Source of the DNA: Candidatus Hydrogenedentota bacterium
GTDB lineage: Bacteria; Hydrogenedentota; Hydrogenedentia; Hydrogenedentales; SLHB01
DNA: 18,900 nucleotides
Assembly: GCA_034408725.1 (NCBI GenBank)
Contig: JAWXCN010000102.1
Span: forward strand, 1 to 18,900
Direction: 5' to 3'
This document shows positions 7,282 through 14,805 of the stretch, piece by piece. Each line of letters begins with the position of its first letter. The first letter of the stretch is position 1. The position numbers and the translations under genes were made by a program. The notes under the pieces were generated by a model. The model was not told the DNA's origin. It worked only from the letters and a program-made list of their open reading frames with translations, and did no database searches.

Positions 7282-8493
7282 ATGAGTAGAAACAAAACTG
7301 TCCTGTGTTCGGTGGAAGACGCGCTTGACGAGTTGCGTTCGGGCCGGATGATCATTCTCGTTGACGATGAAGACCGCGAGAATGAAGGCGATCTCGTTAT
7401 CGCCGCGGAACATATTACGCCACAGGCCGTCAATTTCATGATCACGCACGGGCGCGGACTCGTTTGCCTCGTCTTGACGCAGGAACGCATCGATTACCTC
7501 GGCCTGTTTCCCGTTGCGAAGGACAACCGTTCGCGGTTCGGCACCGCGTTCCACACACCAATAGAAGCCGCGCAAGGCGTCAGCACGGGAATCAGCGCGC
7601 ATGATCGCGCGCACACGATACGCGTGGCCATCGATCCCGCATCCAAACGTGACGACATCGTGACGCCGGGCCACATTCATACACTTTGCGCGCGGGAAGG
7701 CGGCGTACTGGTGCGTTCGGGGCAAACCGAAGGTTCTATCGACCTCATGCGTCTCGCCGGACTTAATCCGTCCGCGGTAATTTGCGAAGTAATGAAAGAT
7801 GACGGATCGATGGCGCGCCTGCCGGACCTAACAGAATTCGCGCAAAAGCACGGCGTAAAAATTTGTTCCGTCGAAAACATCATCGAGTACCGCCGCCGCC
7901 ACGAAAAACTGGTCACGCGCCTCGTCGATACCAGCATGCCCACGGAATTCGGTGGATTTCGTTTGTACGCCTACGAAACGAGCATCGACAATTCGCATCA
8001 TGTCGCGCTCGTCATGGGCGATATCGAAGCGGCCGACGACGTGCTGGTGCGGGTCCATTCCGAATGCCTAACCGGCGACGTGTTCGGATCGATGCGTTGC
8101 GATTGCGGCACGCAGCTTGAAACCGCCATGGAAATGATCGCGAACGAAGGCAAGGGCGTATTGCTCTACATGCGGCAGGAAGGCCGCGGCATTGGTCTCG
8201 TAAACAAACTGCGAGCATACGAGTTGCAGGACAAGGGACTCGATACCGTCGAAGCCAATATACACCTGGGCTTCCGCCCCGATCCACGCGAGTACGGCAT
8301 CGGCGCGCAGATTCTGATAGACATCGGCGTGCGCCGGATGCGACTCATCACCAACAACCCCAGCAAACGCGTCGGGCTCGAAGCCCACGGCCTGATTGTA
8401 ACGGACCGCATTCCGCTCATTGTGCCGCCGAACAAGTCTAATGAACGGTACTTGCGGACGAAGAAAGAAAAGCTTGGACATTTGCTGGCGTAA
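7282..8493 (+). CDS. ribBA: Bifunctional DHBP synthase / GTP cyclohydrolase II
   Basis: [47 protein letters not shown] and TNNP. Confidence 0.97.
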   Translation: MSRNKTVLCSVEDALDELRSGRMIILVDDEDRENEGDLVIAAEHITPQAVNFMITHGRGLVCLVLTQERIDYLGLFPVAKDNRSRFGTAFHTPIEAAQGVSTGISAHDRAHTIRVAIDPASKRDDIVTPGHIHTLCAREGGVLVRSGQTEGSIDLMRLAGLNPSAVICEVMKDDGSMARLPDLTEFAQKHGVKICSVENIIEYRRRHEKLVTRLVDTSMPTEFGGFRLYAYETSIDNSHHVALVMGDIEAADDVLVRVHSECLTGDVFGSMRCDCGTQLETAMEMIANEGKGVLLYMRQEGRGIGLVNKLRAYELQDKGLDTVEANIHLGFRPDPREYGIGAQILIDIGVRRMRLITNNPSKRVGLEAHGLIVTDRIPLIVPPNKSNERYLRTKKEKLGHLLA

Positions 8494-8500
8494 ACGCACG

Positions 8501-8824
8501 ATGAGCAACACATCGCATAATCACGGTTGGTGGACCCTGCAATGGGATGACTGGCTCTACGCGACCCCTGCACGACGTTTCGTGACGCGCGTCTGTGGTG
8601 GCGTTGTAACGTTCATTTTATCGTTTATATTCACTGTTTTGGTGATAGTGGCACTTTGTGCAATCAGCGGCATCGATACAGCGGAAATTCAATCATATAA
8701 ATATTACATACGCGCCATCTGTCTTTTTGTGGCCTTGGCGGCAACTGTGCTTTTATCTATATTGGCACAGATACGTTCTCAAAGCGCTTCTCTTTCCAGT
8801 ACGTGTTGCTGTTTCACTTTTTGA
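8501..8824 (+). CDS. Small two-TM hypothetical membrane protein, possibly frameshifted near 8751-8754 (alternative stop 8834)
   Basis: ATG 7 nt after the ribBA stop, two hydrophobic segments, fills the ribBA-ribH gap, AT-richer than the rib genes. Confidence 0.6.
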   Translation: MSNTSHNHGWWTLQWDDWLYATPARRFVTRVCGGVVTFILSFIFTVLVIVALCAISGIDTAEIQSYKYYIRAICLFVALAATVLLSILAQIRSQSASLSSTCCCFTF

Positions 8825-8845
8825 CGCATTTTAAGGAGTTGATAA

Positions 8846-9310
8846 TTGCCAAACGTAATCGAGGGCATGCTAATTTCAAACGGCAAAAAATTCGCCGTAG
8901 TCGTCGCGCGTTTCAACGCGTTCATCTCGAAAAGTCTGTTGGAAGGAGCGCTGGACGGGCTTACGCGGCACGGCGTCAAGGACGAAGAGATCACCGTCGT
9001 ATGGGCGCCGGGCGCGTATGAAGTCCCGTTTGTCGCGAAGAAACTTGCCGCATCAAAAAAATACGATGCTGTTATTACTCTCGGTGCGGTAATCCGCGGC
9101 AGCACCGCACACTTTGACTACGTCGCCGGCGAAGCCGCAAAAGGGGTTGCAAGTGCAGCGAATGAAACGGGCGTGCCGGTCATCTTCGGCATCCTTACCA
9201 CCGACACAATCGAGCAGGCCATCGAGCGCGCAGGCACGAAGGCGGGCAATAAAGGCTTCGATTCCGCAATGACGGCTATCGAGATGGCGAATCTGATGGA
9301 GCAGTTGTGA
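8846..9310 (+). CDS. ribH: 6,7-dimethyl-8-ribityllumazine synthase
   Basis: TTG start after AAGGAG. Motifs [26 protein letters not shown] and [14 protein letters not shown]. Confidence 0.97.
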   Translation: MPNVIEGMLISNGKKFAVVVARFNAFISKSLLEGALDGLTRHGVKDEEITVVWAPGAYEVPFVAKKLAASKKYDAVITLGAVIRGSTAHFDYVAGEAAKGVASAANETGVPVIFGILTTDTIEQAIERAGTKAGNKGFDSAMTAIEMANLMEQL

Positions 9311-9720
9311 ACGCAATCAGTCCGAAGGTGCGGCGCAGCGCGCGCGAACGCGCCATGCAGTTCTTGTTTGGCCTTGATTTTACTTCGTACCCGTGGGAAG
9401 AGTCGCTCGAACTTTTCTGGGAAAATCATCCCGCGCGCGTGCCTGTGCGCGCGTATGCAGACGGGCTTGTTCGCGGCGTCATGGAAGGTCGCGACGAACT
9501 CGACATGATCATCGACGGCGCGCTGGACCGCTGGACACCCGAGCGGGTTGGCCGCATCGAACGCAATGTGTTGCGCGTCGCCATTTACGAGATGCGGCAT
9601 GGAGACAACGTGCCTCCGTCGGTCGCGATCAACGAAGCCATCGAAATTGTAAAACTCTACAGCACAGACGAATCGCGCGCTTTTGTAAACGCCGTGCTTG
9701 ATCGCGTGAAGGACCTATGA
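9307..9720 (+). CDS. nusB: Transcription antitermination factor NusB
   Basis: [14 protein letters not shown]...R....[14 protein letters not shown] and FVNAVLD. Conserved ribH-nusB adjacency with a 4-nt overlap. Confidence 0.95.
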   Translation: MNAISPKVRRSARERAMQFLFGLDFTSYPWEESLELFWENHPARVPVRAYADGLVRGVMEGRDELDMIIDGALDRWTPERVGRIERNVLRVAIYEMRHGDNVPPSVAINEAIEIVKLYSTDESRAFVNAVLDRVKDL

Positions 9721-10544
9721 CCCCACGTTACGCCGATCTACACCTGCACACGAATTTTTCAGATGGAACAGACTCGCCCCGGCGCGTCGTCGAACGCGCC
9801 GCCGCGGCGGGCATCGCGGCCATGGCCATCACTGATCACGACACCATCGAAGGCGTCGCCGCGGCGCGCGGCGCCGCCGAGGAAGCGGGCATAGCATTCC
9901 TCACCGGGACGGAAATCAGCGCGCGTTTCGACCATATTGACCTGCACATTCTCGGTCTGGGGATTCGCGTCGATTCTCCCCCGCTGGTCGCGGCGTTGAA
10001 TATCATGAAGGACGCCCGTGCCGCGCGCGCGCAACGCATGATCGAACGGCTTGCAGCACGGGGCATCTCGATTTCCCTCGAACCGGATGCGCACAAGGGC
10101 GTCATTGGCCGCATGCACCTTGCGCGCGCGTTGCAATCCGCCGGGCACGCCAAAACCGTGCAGCAGGCGTTTGACAAATACCTCCAGCGCGGCAAGCCGG
10201 GCTATGTCGCGCAAGTGAAAATGGAATGCATCGAAGCCATCGGTCTCATCCACGCCGCGGGCGGACTCGCGTTTATCGCGCATCCCGGCATCGGCGCACC
10301 ACGCCACAAATTGCAATCTTTGTTGGAATTGCCGTTTGATGGTGTCGAAGCCTATCACTCGAAACATTCGCCCGGATTGACCGACATGATTGTGCAACTC
10401 GCCCGCGACCGAAACCTTCTCGTCACCGGCGGCTCTGATTGCCACGGCGAGGCCAAGGGACGCGCGGAAATGGGGCGCGTGCATTTGCCCATGGAATGTT
10501 TTGAACGCATTTCCGAATCGCTCCAAGCGGGTTCATTAGCATGA
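9717..10544 (+). CDS. PHP-domain metal-dependent phosphoesterase (TrpH/YciV family)
   Basis: DLHLHTNFSDG, ITDHD, EIS, HILG, GRMHLA, AHP and GGSDCHG motifs. Confidence 0.92.
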   Translation: MTPRYADLHLHTNFSDGTDSPRRVVERAAAAGIAAMAITDHDTIEGVAAARGAAEEAGIAFLTGTEISARFDHIDLHILGLGIRVDSPPLVAALNIMKDARAARAQRMIERLAARGISISLEPDAHKGVIGRMHLARALQSAGHAKTVQQAFDKYLQRGKPGYVAQVKMECIEAIGLIHAAGGLAFIAHPGIGAPRHKLQSLLELPFDGVEAYHSKHSPGLTDMIVQLARDRNLLVTGGSDCHGEAKGRAEMGRVHLPMECFERISESLQAGSLA

Positions 10545-10551
10545 GCAATGT

Positions 10552-10594
10552 CGCGCGAAGCGCTTTGGACTGCGGTAGCGAAGCTACCGCTTTC
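10552..10594 (+). repeat. REP-like extragenic palindrome, copy 1
   Basis: CGCGCGAAGCGCTTTGGACTGCGGTAGC-GAA-GCTACCGCTTTC, near-identical to 18727-18771. Confidence 0.8.
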
Positions 10595-10650
10595 ACTTCG
10601 GCAGGAGATAAACACCGCTATTGCCACAAGACTACACGCGTGAAATTCGC

Positions 10651-11412
10651 ATGACCGAACAACAATTCCATACCGCGGCGATCTGGTTCGGGTTTGCGTC
10701 GGCCGCGATCATGTTTATTTTTCTCCTCTTCTTCACCGCCCCCTATGGCCGGCACGTTCGCGCGGGGTGGGGGCCAACGCTCCCGAATCGCGCAGGCTGG
10801 ATTCTCATGGAGACCGCGGCCGTTTTCAGTATCCTCTACTTCTTTTTCACCGCATTGAACGGCCCGATTCGCATGATGTGGATTTTTCTGCTGATCTGGG
10901 AAATCCACTATCTCTACCGCACCTACGTTTTTCCATTCACCCTGCGCGATACAGGCAAGCGAATGCCAGTCACCATCATCGTGTCTGGTATTGCCTTCAA
11001 CGTGTTTAACGGTTACCTCAATGGCCGGCACCTGGCATGGAACGCCGGCCTGTACACTTCCGCGTGGTTTGCTGACCTGCAATTCCTCGCCGGAACTGCA
11101 TTGTTCTTCACAGGATTGGGGATCAACATTCACTCAGACCGCATCCTCATTGCGTTGCGTGGCGATGGCTCGACCGGTTATAAAATCCCTCGTGGCGGTT
11201 TGTACCGTTGGGTATCCTGTCCAAACTATCTGGGCGAAGTTGTCGAGTGGACCGGCTGGGCGATCCTCACGTGGTCGCCCGCGGGCCTCGTGTTTGCAAT
11301 ATGGACGGCGGCCAACCTTGTGCCTCGCGCGCTCTCGAATCATCAGTGGTATAAACAAAAATTTCCTGAGTACCCGCACGAACGTAAGGCAATATTGCCC
11401 TATACGCTTTAA
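10651..11412 (+). CDS. 3-oxo-5-alpha-steroid 4-dehydrogenase (steroid 5-alpha-reductase SRD5A/DET2-like) membrane reductase
   Basis: Motifs APYGRH, GWILME, HYLYR, NIHSD.IL..LR, YKIPRGGLY, SCPNYLGE..EW and NL.PRA...H.WY...F..YP..RKA..P. Alternative TTG start at 10621. Confidence 0.9.
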   Translation: MTEQQFHTAAIWFGFASAAIMFIFLLFFTAPYGRHVRAGWGPTLPNRAGWILMETAAVFSILYFFFTALNGPIRMMWIFLLIWEIHYLYRTYVFPFTLRDTGKRMPVTIIVSGIAFNVFNGYLNGRHLAWNAGLYTSAWFADLQFLAGTALFFTGLGINIHSDRILIALRGDGSTGYKIPRGGLYRWVSCPNYLGEVVEWTGWAILTWSPAGLVFAIWTAANLVPRALSNHQWYKQKFPEYPHERKAILPYTL

Positions 11413-11439
11413 TTTTGCTACTGCGGGATGTGTGCTACG

Positions 11440-11507
11440 ATGAACACATGCGAAGCATCGCGATTATTACAATGACGACATGCGCTGGCTTGGAGAAGAA
11501 GAGTTGA
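11440..11507 (+). pseudogene. Possible degraded hicA toxin remnant
   Basis: ATG 11440 gives MNTCEASRLL (HicA-like N-terminus). Another frame gives AGLEKKS* (11484-11507), whose TGA overlaps the hicB TTG start. Confidence 0.35.
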
Positions 11508-11719
11508 GAGAATATACAGTCGTTTACGAGCAAGGCGATACCAATTGGGGCGCAATTGTTCCCGATCTTCCTGGATGCGTAAGCATTGGCAACACCATGG
11601 AAGAGGCCGGGTGCAACGTACGTGAAGCGATCGAAGTTTATCTTGAAGTTTTGAAAGAACGGGGCGAGCCGATCCCGGAACCCCGTCACACCGCGGGTCG
11701 TGTAATCGTCGCAGCCTAA
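11504..11719 (+). CDS. HicB-family antitoxin-like protein (short form, no C-terminal DNA-binding domain)
   Basis: YTVVYE..., A.VPDLPGC.S.G.T.EEA..N.REAI...LE.L...GEPIPEP. TTG 11504 follows GGAGA (11492-11496). Confidence 0.88.
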   Translation: MREYTVVYEQGDTNWGAIVPDLPGCVSIGNTMEEAGCNVREAIEVYLEVLKERGEPIPEPRHTAGRVIVAA

Positions 11720-11735
11720 ACAGGAGGACGCTTTT

Positions 11736-12653
11736 ATGGCGCCCCGCGTCCAAGTACATGGCATAGAAGTCCTCGACGGTTATATCTCGCGCAGCCACGA
11801 ATTCATGAATGACTGGATGCGTTTCAACCAGCTTATCGGCGCGTACACGACGCCCGGCGTGAACAAACCCCAACTCGAAACCAATTTCCTTCAACTCAAG
11901 AGCAAGCTCGCGCGCGACCATCGCGTGTTGACGGAGCGGCTTGGTCCCGACTGCAAATTCTCCGCCGATGTAATCAATATCGTCTCCGGCGCGACGAGCC
12001 TCGACAGCGTATTCGCGCAATCCGAAGTGGCGGTCCGCAAGCTCCAGAATGAGTGGCACCGTTCATTCATTACCGTTAACGAGACTCTCGGCAACCTCGA
12101 AGATAAACACAAACGCGCGATGTCCGGCGAGCGCGTGAACGTGGGCGGACAATGGATTCAGGCGAAGATCAAGAAACCGTTGCCTTGGAAGAAAATCGGC
12201 CTCTACGCCGGTGGCGTCACCGCCGCCCTCCTGCTCATCACGTCGCTCTACGTCATGCGCAACTTCCTCGGCTTTTGGGCGCCCGAAGCCGGCGAAGGCA
12301 TCGAAGTCACCGCCGCGATGACCGACGAGGATAAAATCAATGTCATGATTCAAACCATGAAGGAAGCAACGGAATCCGGTAACATCGACAAGATGATGAC
12401 CGCGTTCGCCGATACGTTTTCGTTTGAAGGTGGCGGAAAAACCGAGGTGCGCGCGATGTTACAGGCGTATCAGGTTGCCGGGGGATTCGACGGATCGATT
12501 CTGGATGCGTCGAAAGCGGAAATCGTGGTCGACGGAGAAAAGGCCCGTTTCGCGCCCGTGGAATTCATCGGCCCAAACGATCAGGTATCACTCACAGTGA
12601 TCGGAGAAAAGGTCGGTGACCACTGGCTGATAACCGGTATGGGGGGGATTTGA
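11736..12653 (+). CDS. Hypothetical single-pass membrane protein: helical N-domain, TM, C-terminal NTF2/SnoaL-like domain
   Basis: RBS AGGAGG at 11722-11727, host-like codon usage, TM IGLYAGGVTAALLLITSLYVM. The C-terminal pattern A.ESGNIDKMM..FADTF...IVVDGEKA...GEKVGDHWLI is NTF2-like. Confidence 0.85.
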   Translation: MAPRVQVHGIEVLDGYISRSHEFMNDWMRFNQLIGAYTTPGVNKPQLETNFLQLKSKLARDHRVLTERLGPDCKFSADVINIVSGATSLDSVFAQSEVAVRKLQNEWHRSFITVNETLGNLEDKHKRAMSGERVNVGGQWIQAKIKKPLPWKKIGLYAGGVTAALLLITSLYVMRNFLGFWAPEAGEGIEVTAAMTDEDKINVMIQTMKEATESGNIDKMMTAFADTFSFEGGGKTEVRAMLQAYQVAGGFDGSILDASKAEIVVDGEKARFAPVEFIGPNDQVSLTVIGEKVGDHWLITGMGGI

Positions 12654-12720
12654 TACCTGTTTCCATTTTTCCTCAGCCATCTCCGCATATCGCACCGCAT
12701 TCATACGAACGTCCGTCCGG

Positions 12721-12737
12721 CCCGATCTCCGATCGGG
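12721..12737. repeat. Short perfect hairpin (REP-like or weak terminator)
   Basis: CCCGATC-TCC-GATCGGG in the intergenic region. Confidence 0.45.
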
Positions 12738-12769
12738 AAATTTCCGCGTTGATGCGTTAAACTGCCCGT

Positions 12770-12823
12770 GGATCGGTGGCGCACCTCGCCCTGATCGACC
12801 AATCCCGTCGCGTGAAGGAAGGA
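12770..12823 (+). promoter_or_regulatory. Candidate structured 5' leader RNA of the cation/proton antiporter
   Basis: A -10-like TAAACT at 12758-12763, then hairpin GATCGG-T-GGCG-CACCT-CGCC-CTGATC, hairpin CGAC-CAATCCC-GTCG, and SD AAGGAAGGA. Confidence 0.4.
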
Positions 12824-12834
12824 CGCTCGCTCTA

Positions 12835-14805
12835 ATGACTGAACCCTACATGATTTTATTCATTACGGGGTTCCTGCTCCTTACCAGCATTTTCACGAGC
12901 AAAATATCCGGGCGTGTTGGCGTTCCGGCGCTGATTGTATTTCTCTGTGTGGGAATGCTCGCCGGTTCGGAGGGTCCCGGCGGCATTCACTTCGATGACA
13001 CACGAACTGCCAACCTTGTCGGCACCATAGCCCTCGCGTTCATTCTGTTCTCCGGAGGATTGGATACGAACTGGCGGCTCATACGTCCCGTCTTCCGGCG
13101 CGGCATCATTCTTTCGACATTCGGAGTGGCGATCACCGCGGGGTTGGTGGGGCTGTTCATATGGAAGGTACTCGGACTTCCGCCACTCGTAAGTCTCCTG
13201 ATAGGCTCCATTATTTCATCCACCGACGCGGCCGCCGTGTTCTCGATCCTGCGCGCGCGGGGTGTGAGTCTTAAAGGCAATCTCAAGCCCCTGCTCGAAT
13301 TTGAATCCGGCAGTAACGATCCCATGGCCATTTTCCTCACCATCGGCATGACACAACTGCTGACGGTTGAGAATTTCGAATGGCAACAGCTCATTCCCGC
13401 TTTTTTCATCAACATGCTTGGCGGCGTTGTCATGGGCCTGGCGGCGGGAAAATTGGCGAGCGTTCTGTTCAACCGCATCCGGCTTGATTATGAAGGTCTC
13501 TATCCTGTTCTGAGCATTGGAATGATGCTTGCCACATTTGGACTCACTGAATCCCTCAAAGGCAATGGGTTCCTTGCGGTGTATATCTGCGGCGTAATTC
13601 TCAACGGCGCTGATTTCGCCCATAAACGGTTCATACTCAAATTTCATGATGGCCTCGCGTGGCTGATGCAGATCGCCATGTTCGTCGTGCTTGGGCTTCT
13701 CGTGTTTCCCTCGCAACTTCCGGGAGTCGGTATCAGCGCGCTGCTCGTCGCAACCTTCCTCATGTTTGTTGCAAGACCCGTCGCCGTTGCGATTGGACTG
13801 GCCGGAAGTTCCTTTCCCTGGGCTGAACGCACGCTGATCGCATGGACCGGACTGCGTGGCGCGGTCCCAATCGTCCTGGCGACCTTTCCGTTCACCGCCG
13901 GCTACGAAAATTCGGACACCATCTTTAACATTGTCTTTTTCATCGTGCTCACTTCCGTGACCATTCAAGGCACGCTGCTGATGCCGGTTGCGCGACTCCT
14001 CAAAGTAGACAAGCCACTTCCACCTGCCCCGAAGTATTTGCTTGAAATAGAACGCCAGGGACAGGCCCAAGGCGAAACACGCGAATTGGAAATCCTTCCC
14101 GACATGGCCGTCGTCGGGAAAACCGTGGCCGATCTCGGCATTCCCTCCGACGTTCTTATTCTTCTCATTGGCCGCGGGGACGGATTCGTAGTTCCGCGCG
14201 GGCAAACAATAATAGAACCATACGACACGCTGCTCATGCTGGGCGACACGGCGGCATTGCGGCGCGCGCGGGACATTGTAATGACTCCGCCGGCCGCGCC
14301 ACCCAAAATAGTCACACCCGTCGATCCGCTGTCCGCATTGCCGCTCACGACGAGTCAAAAATATCTATCGAAGCAGGTTGTACTCGTGGGTTACGGGCGC
14401 GTCGGAAGGCGCATCTGCGATGGTCTAGCCGCGGAAGGCATTCCGTTTGTCGTCGCCGATCAAAACCGGGAGATCATCGAGCAACTGCGCGCGCGCGGCG
14501 TTCCGGCTGTGCTCGGAGACGCGTCGACCGCCATAGTGTTGGCGCAAGCCCATATCCAGCGCGCCGCCATTCTCATCATCGCTACGCCTGACACGATGAA
14601 ACTGCGGCAGATGGTGGATACCGCCAAGGCGATCAATCCGAATATCGAAATCGTTGTCCGGACCCATAGTGAAATGGAAGCGGCTTTATTGAAGCAGGAA
14701 AAGACCGGCACGATTTTTCTGGGCGAGGAAGAATTGGCGAATAGCATCGCCCGCCACGTCATGGCGCAGTTCCGCGACGTTTCGCAATTGGCCAAGAAAA
14801 CTTAG
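12835..14805 (+). CDS. K+/H+ antiporter, CPA1 family (CvrA/NhaP2-like), with TrkA-C plus an additional TrkA-N/KTN domain
   Basis: GMLAGSEGPGGI.F, ILFSGGLDT, SSTDAAAVFS, LE.ESGSNDPMA, GNGFLAVY, LGLLVFP and W.GLRGAVPIVLATFP. C-terminal VGYGRVG Rossmann motif. Confidence 0.93.
   Translation: MTEPYMILFITGFLLLTSIFTSKISGRVGVPALIVFLCVGMLAGSEGPGGIHFDDTRTANLVGTIALAFILFSGGLDTNWRLIRPVFRRGIILSTFGVAITAGLVGLFIWKVLGLPPLVSLLIGSIISSTDAAAVFSILRARGVSLKGNLKPLLEFESGSNDPMAIFLTIGMTQLLTVENFEWQQLIPAFFINMLGGVVMGLAAGKLASVLFNRIRLDYEGLYPVLSIGMMLATFGLTESLKGNGFLAVYICGVILNGADFAHKRFILKFHDGLAWLMQIAMFVVLGLLVFPSQLPGVGISALLVATFLMFVARPVAVAIGLAGSSFPWAERTLIAWTGLRGAVPIVLATFPFTAGYENSDTIFNIVFFIVLTSVTIQGTLLMPVARLLKVDKPLPPAPKYLLEIERQGQAQGETRELEILPDMAVVGKTVADLGIPSDVLILLIGRGDGFVVPRGQTIIEPYDTLLMLGDTAALRRARDIVMTPPAAPPKIVTPVDPLSALPLTTSQKYLSKQVVLVGYGRVGRRICDGLAAEGIPFVVADQNREIIEQLRARGVPAVLGDASTAIVLAQAHIQRAAILIIATPDTMKLRQMVDTAKAINPNIEIVVRTHSEMEAALLKQEKTGTIFLGEEELANSIARHVMAQFRDVSQLAKKT

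Noticed and set aside
9759..10526. 255-aa minus-strand ORF
   Set aside because: Antisense shadow of the PHP gene.
12654..12834. Fluoride (crcB) or c-di-AMP (ydaO) riboswitch upstream of the antiporter
   Set aside because: The GGNGAUGG...UAAAC...GCUNAUGAC and GCUGAAUCC...GGGG cores are missing. Only TAAACTGCC is superficially similar.
13216..14358. 380-aa minus-strand ORF
   Set aside because: Antisense shadow of the antiporter, with no motifs or RBS.
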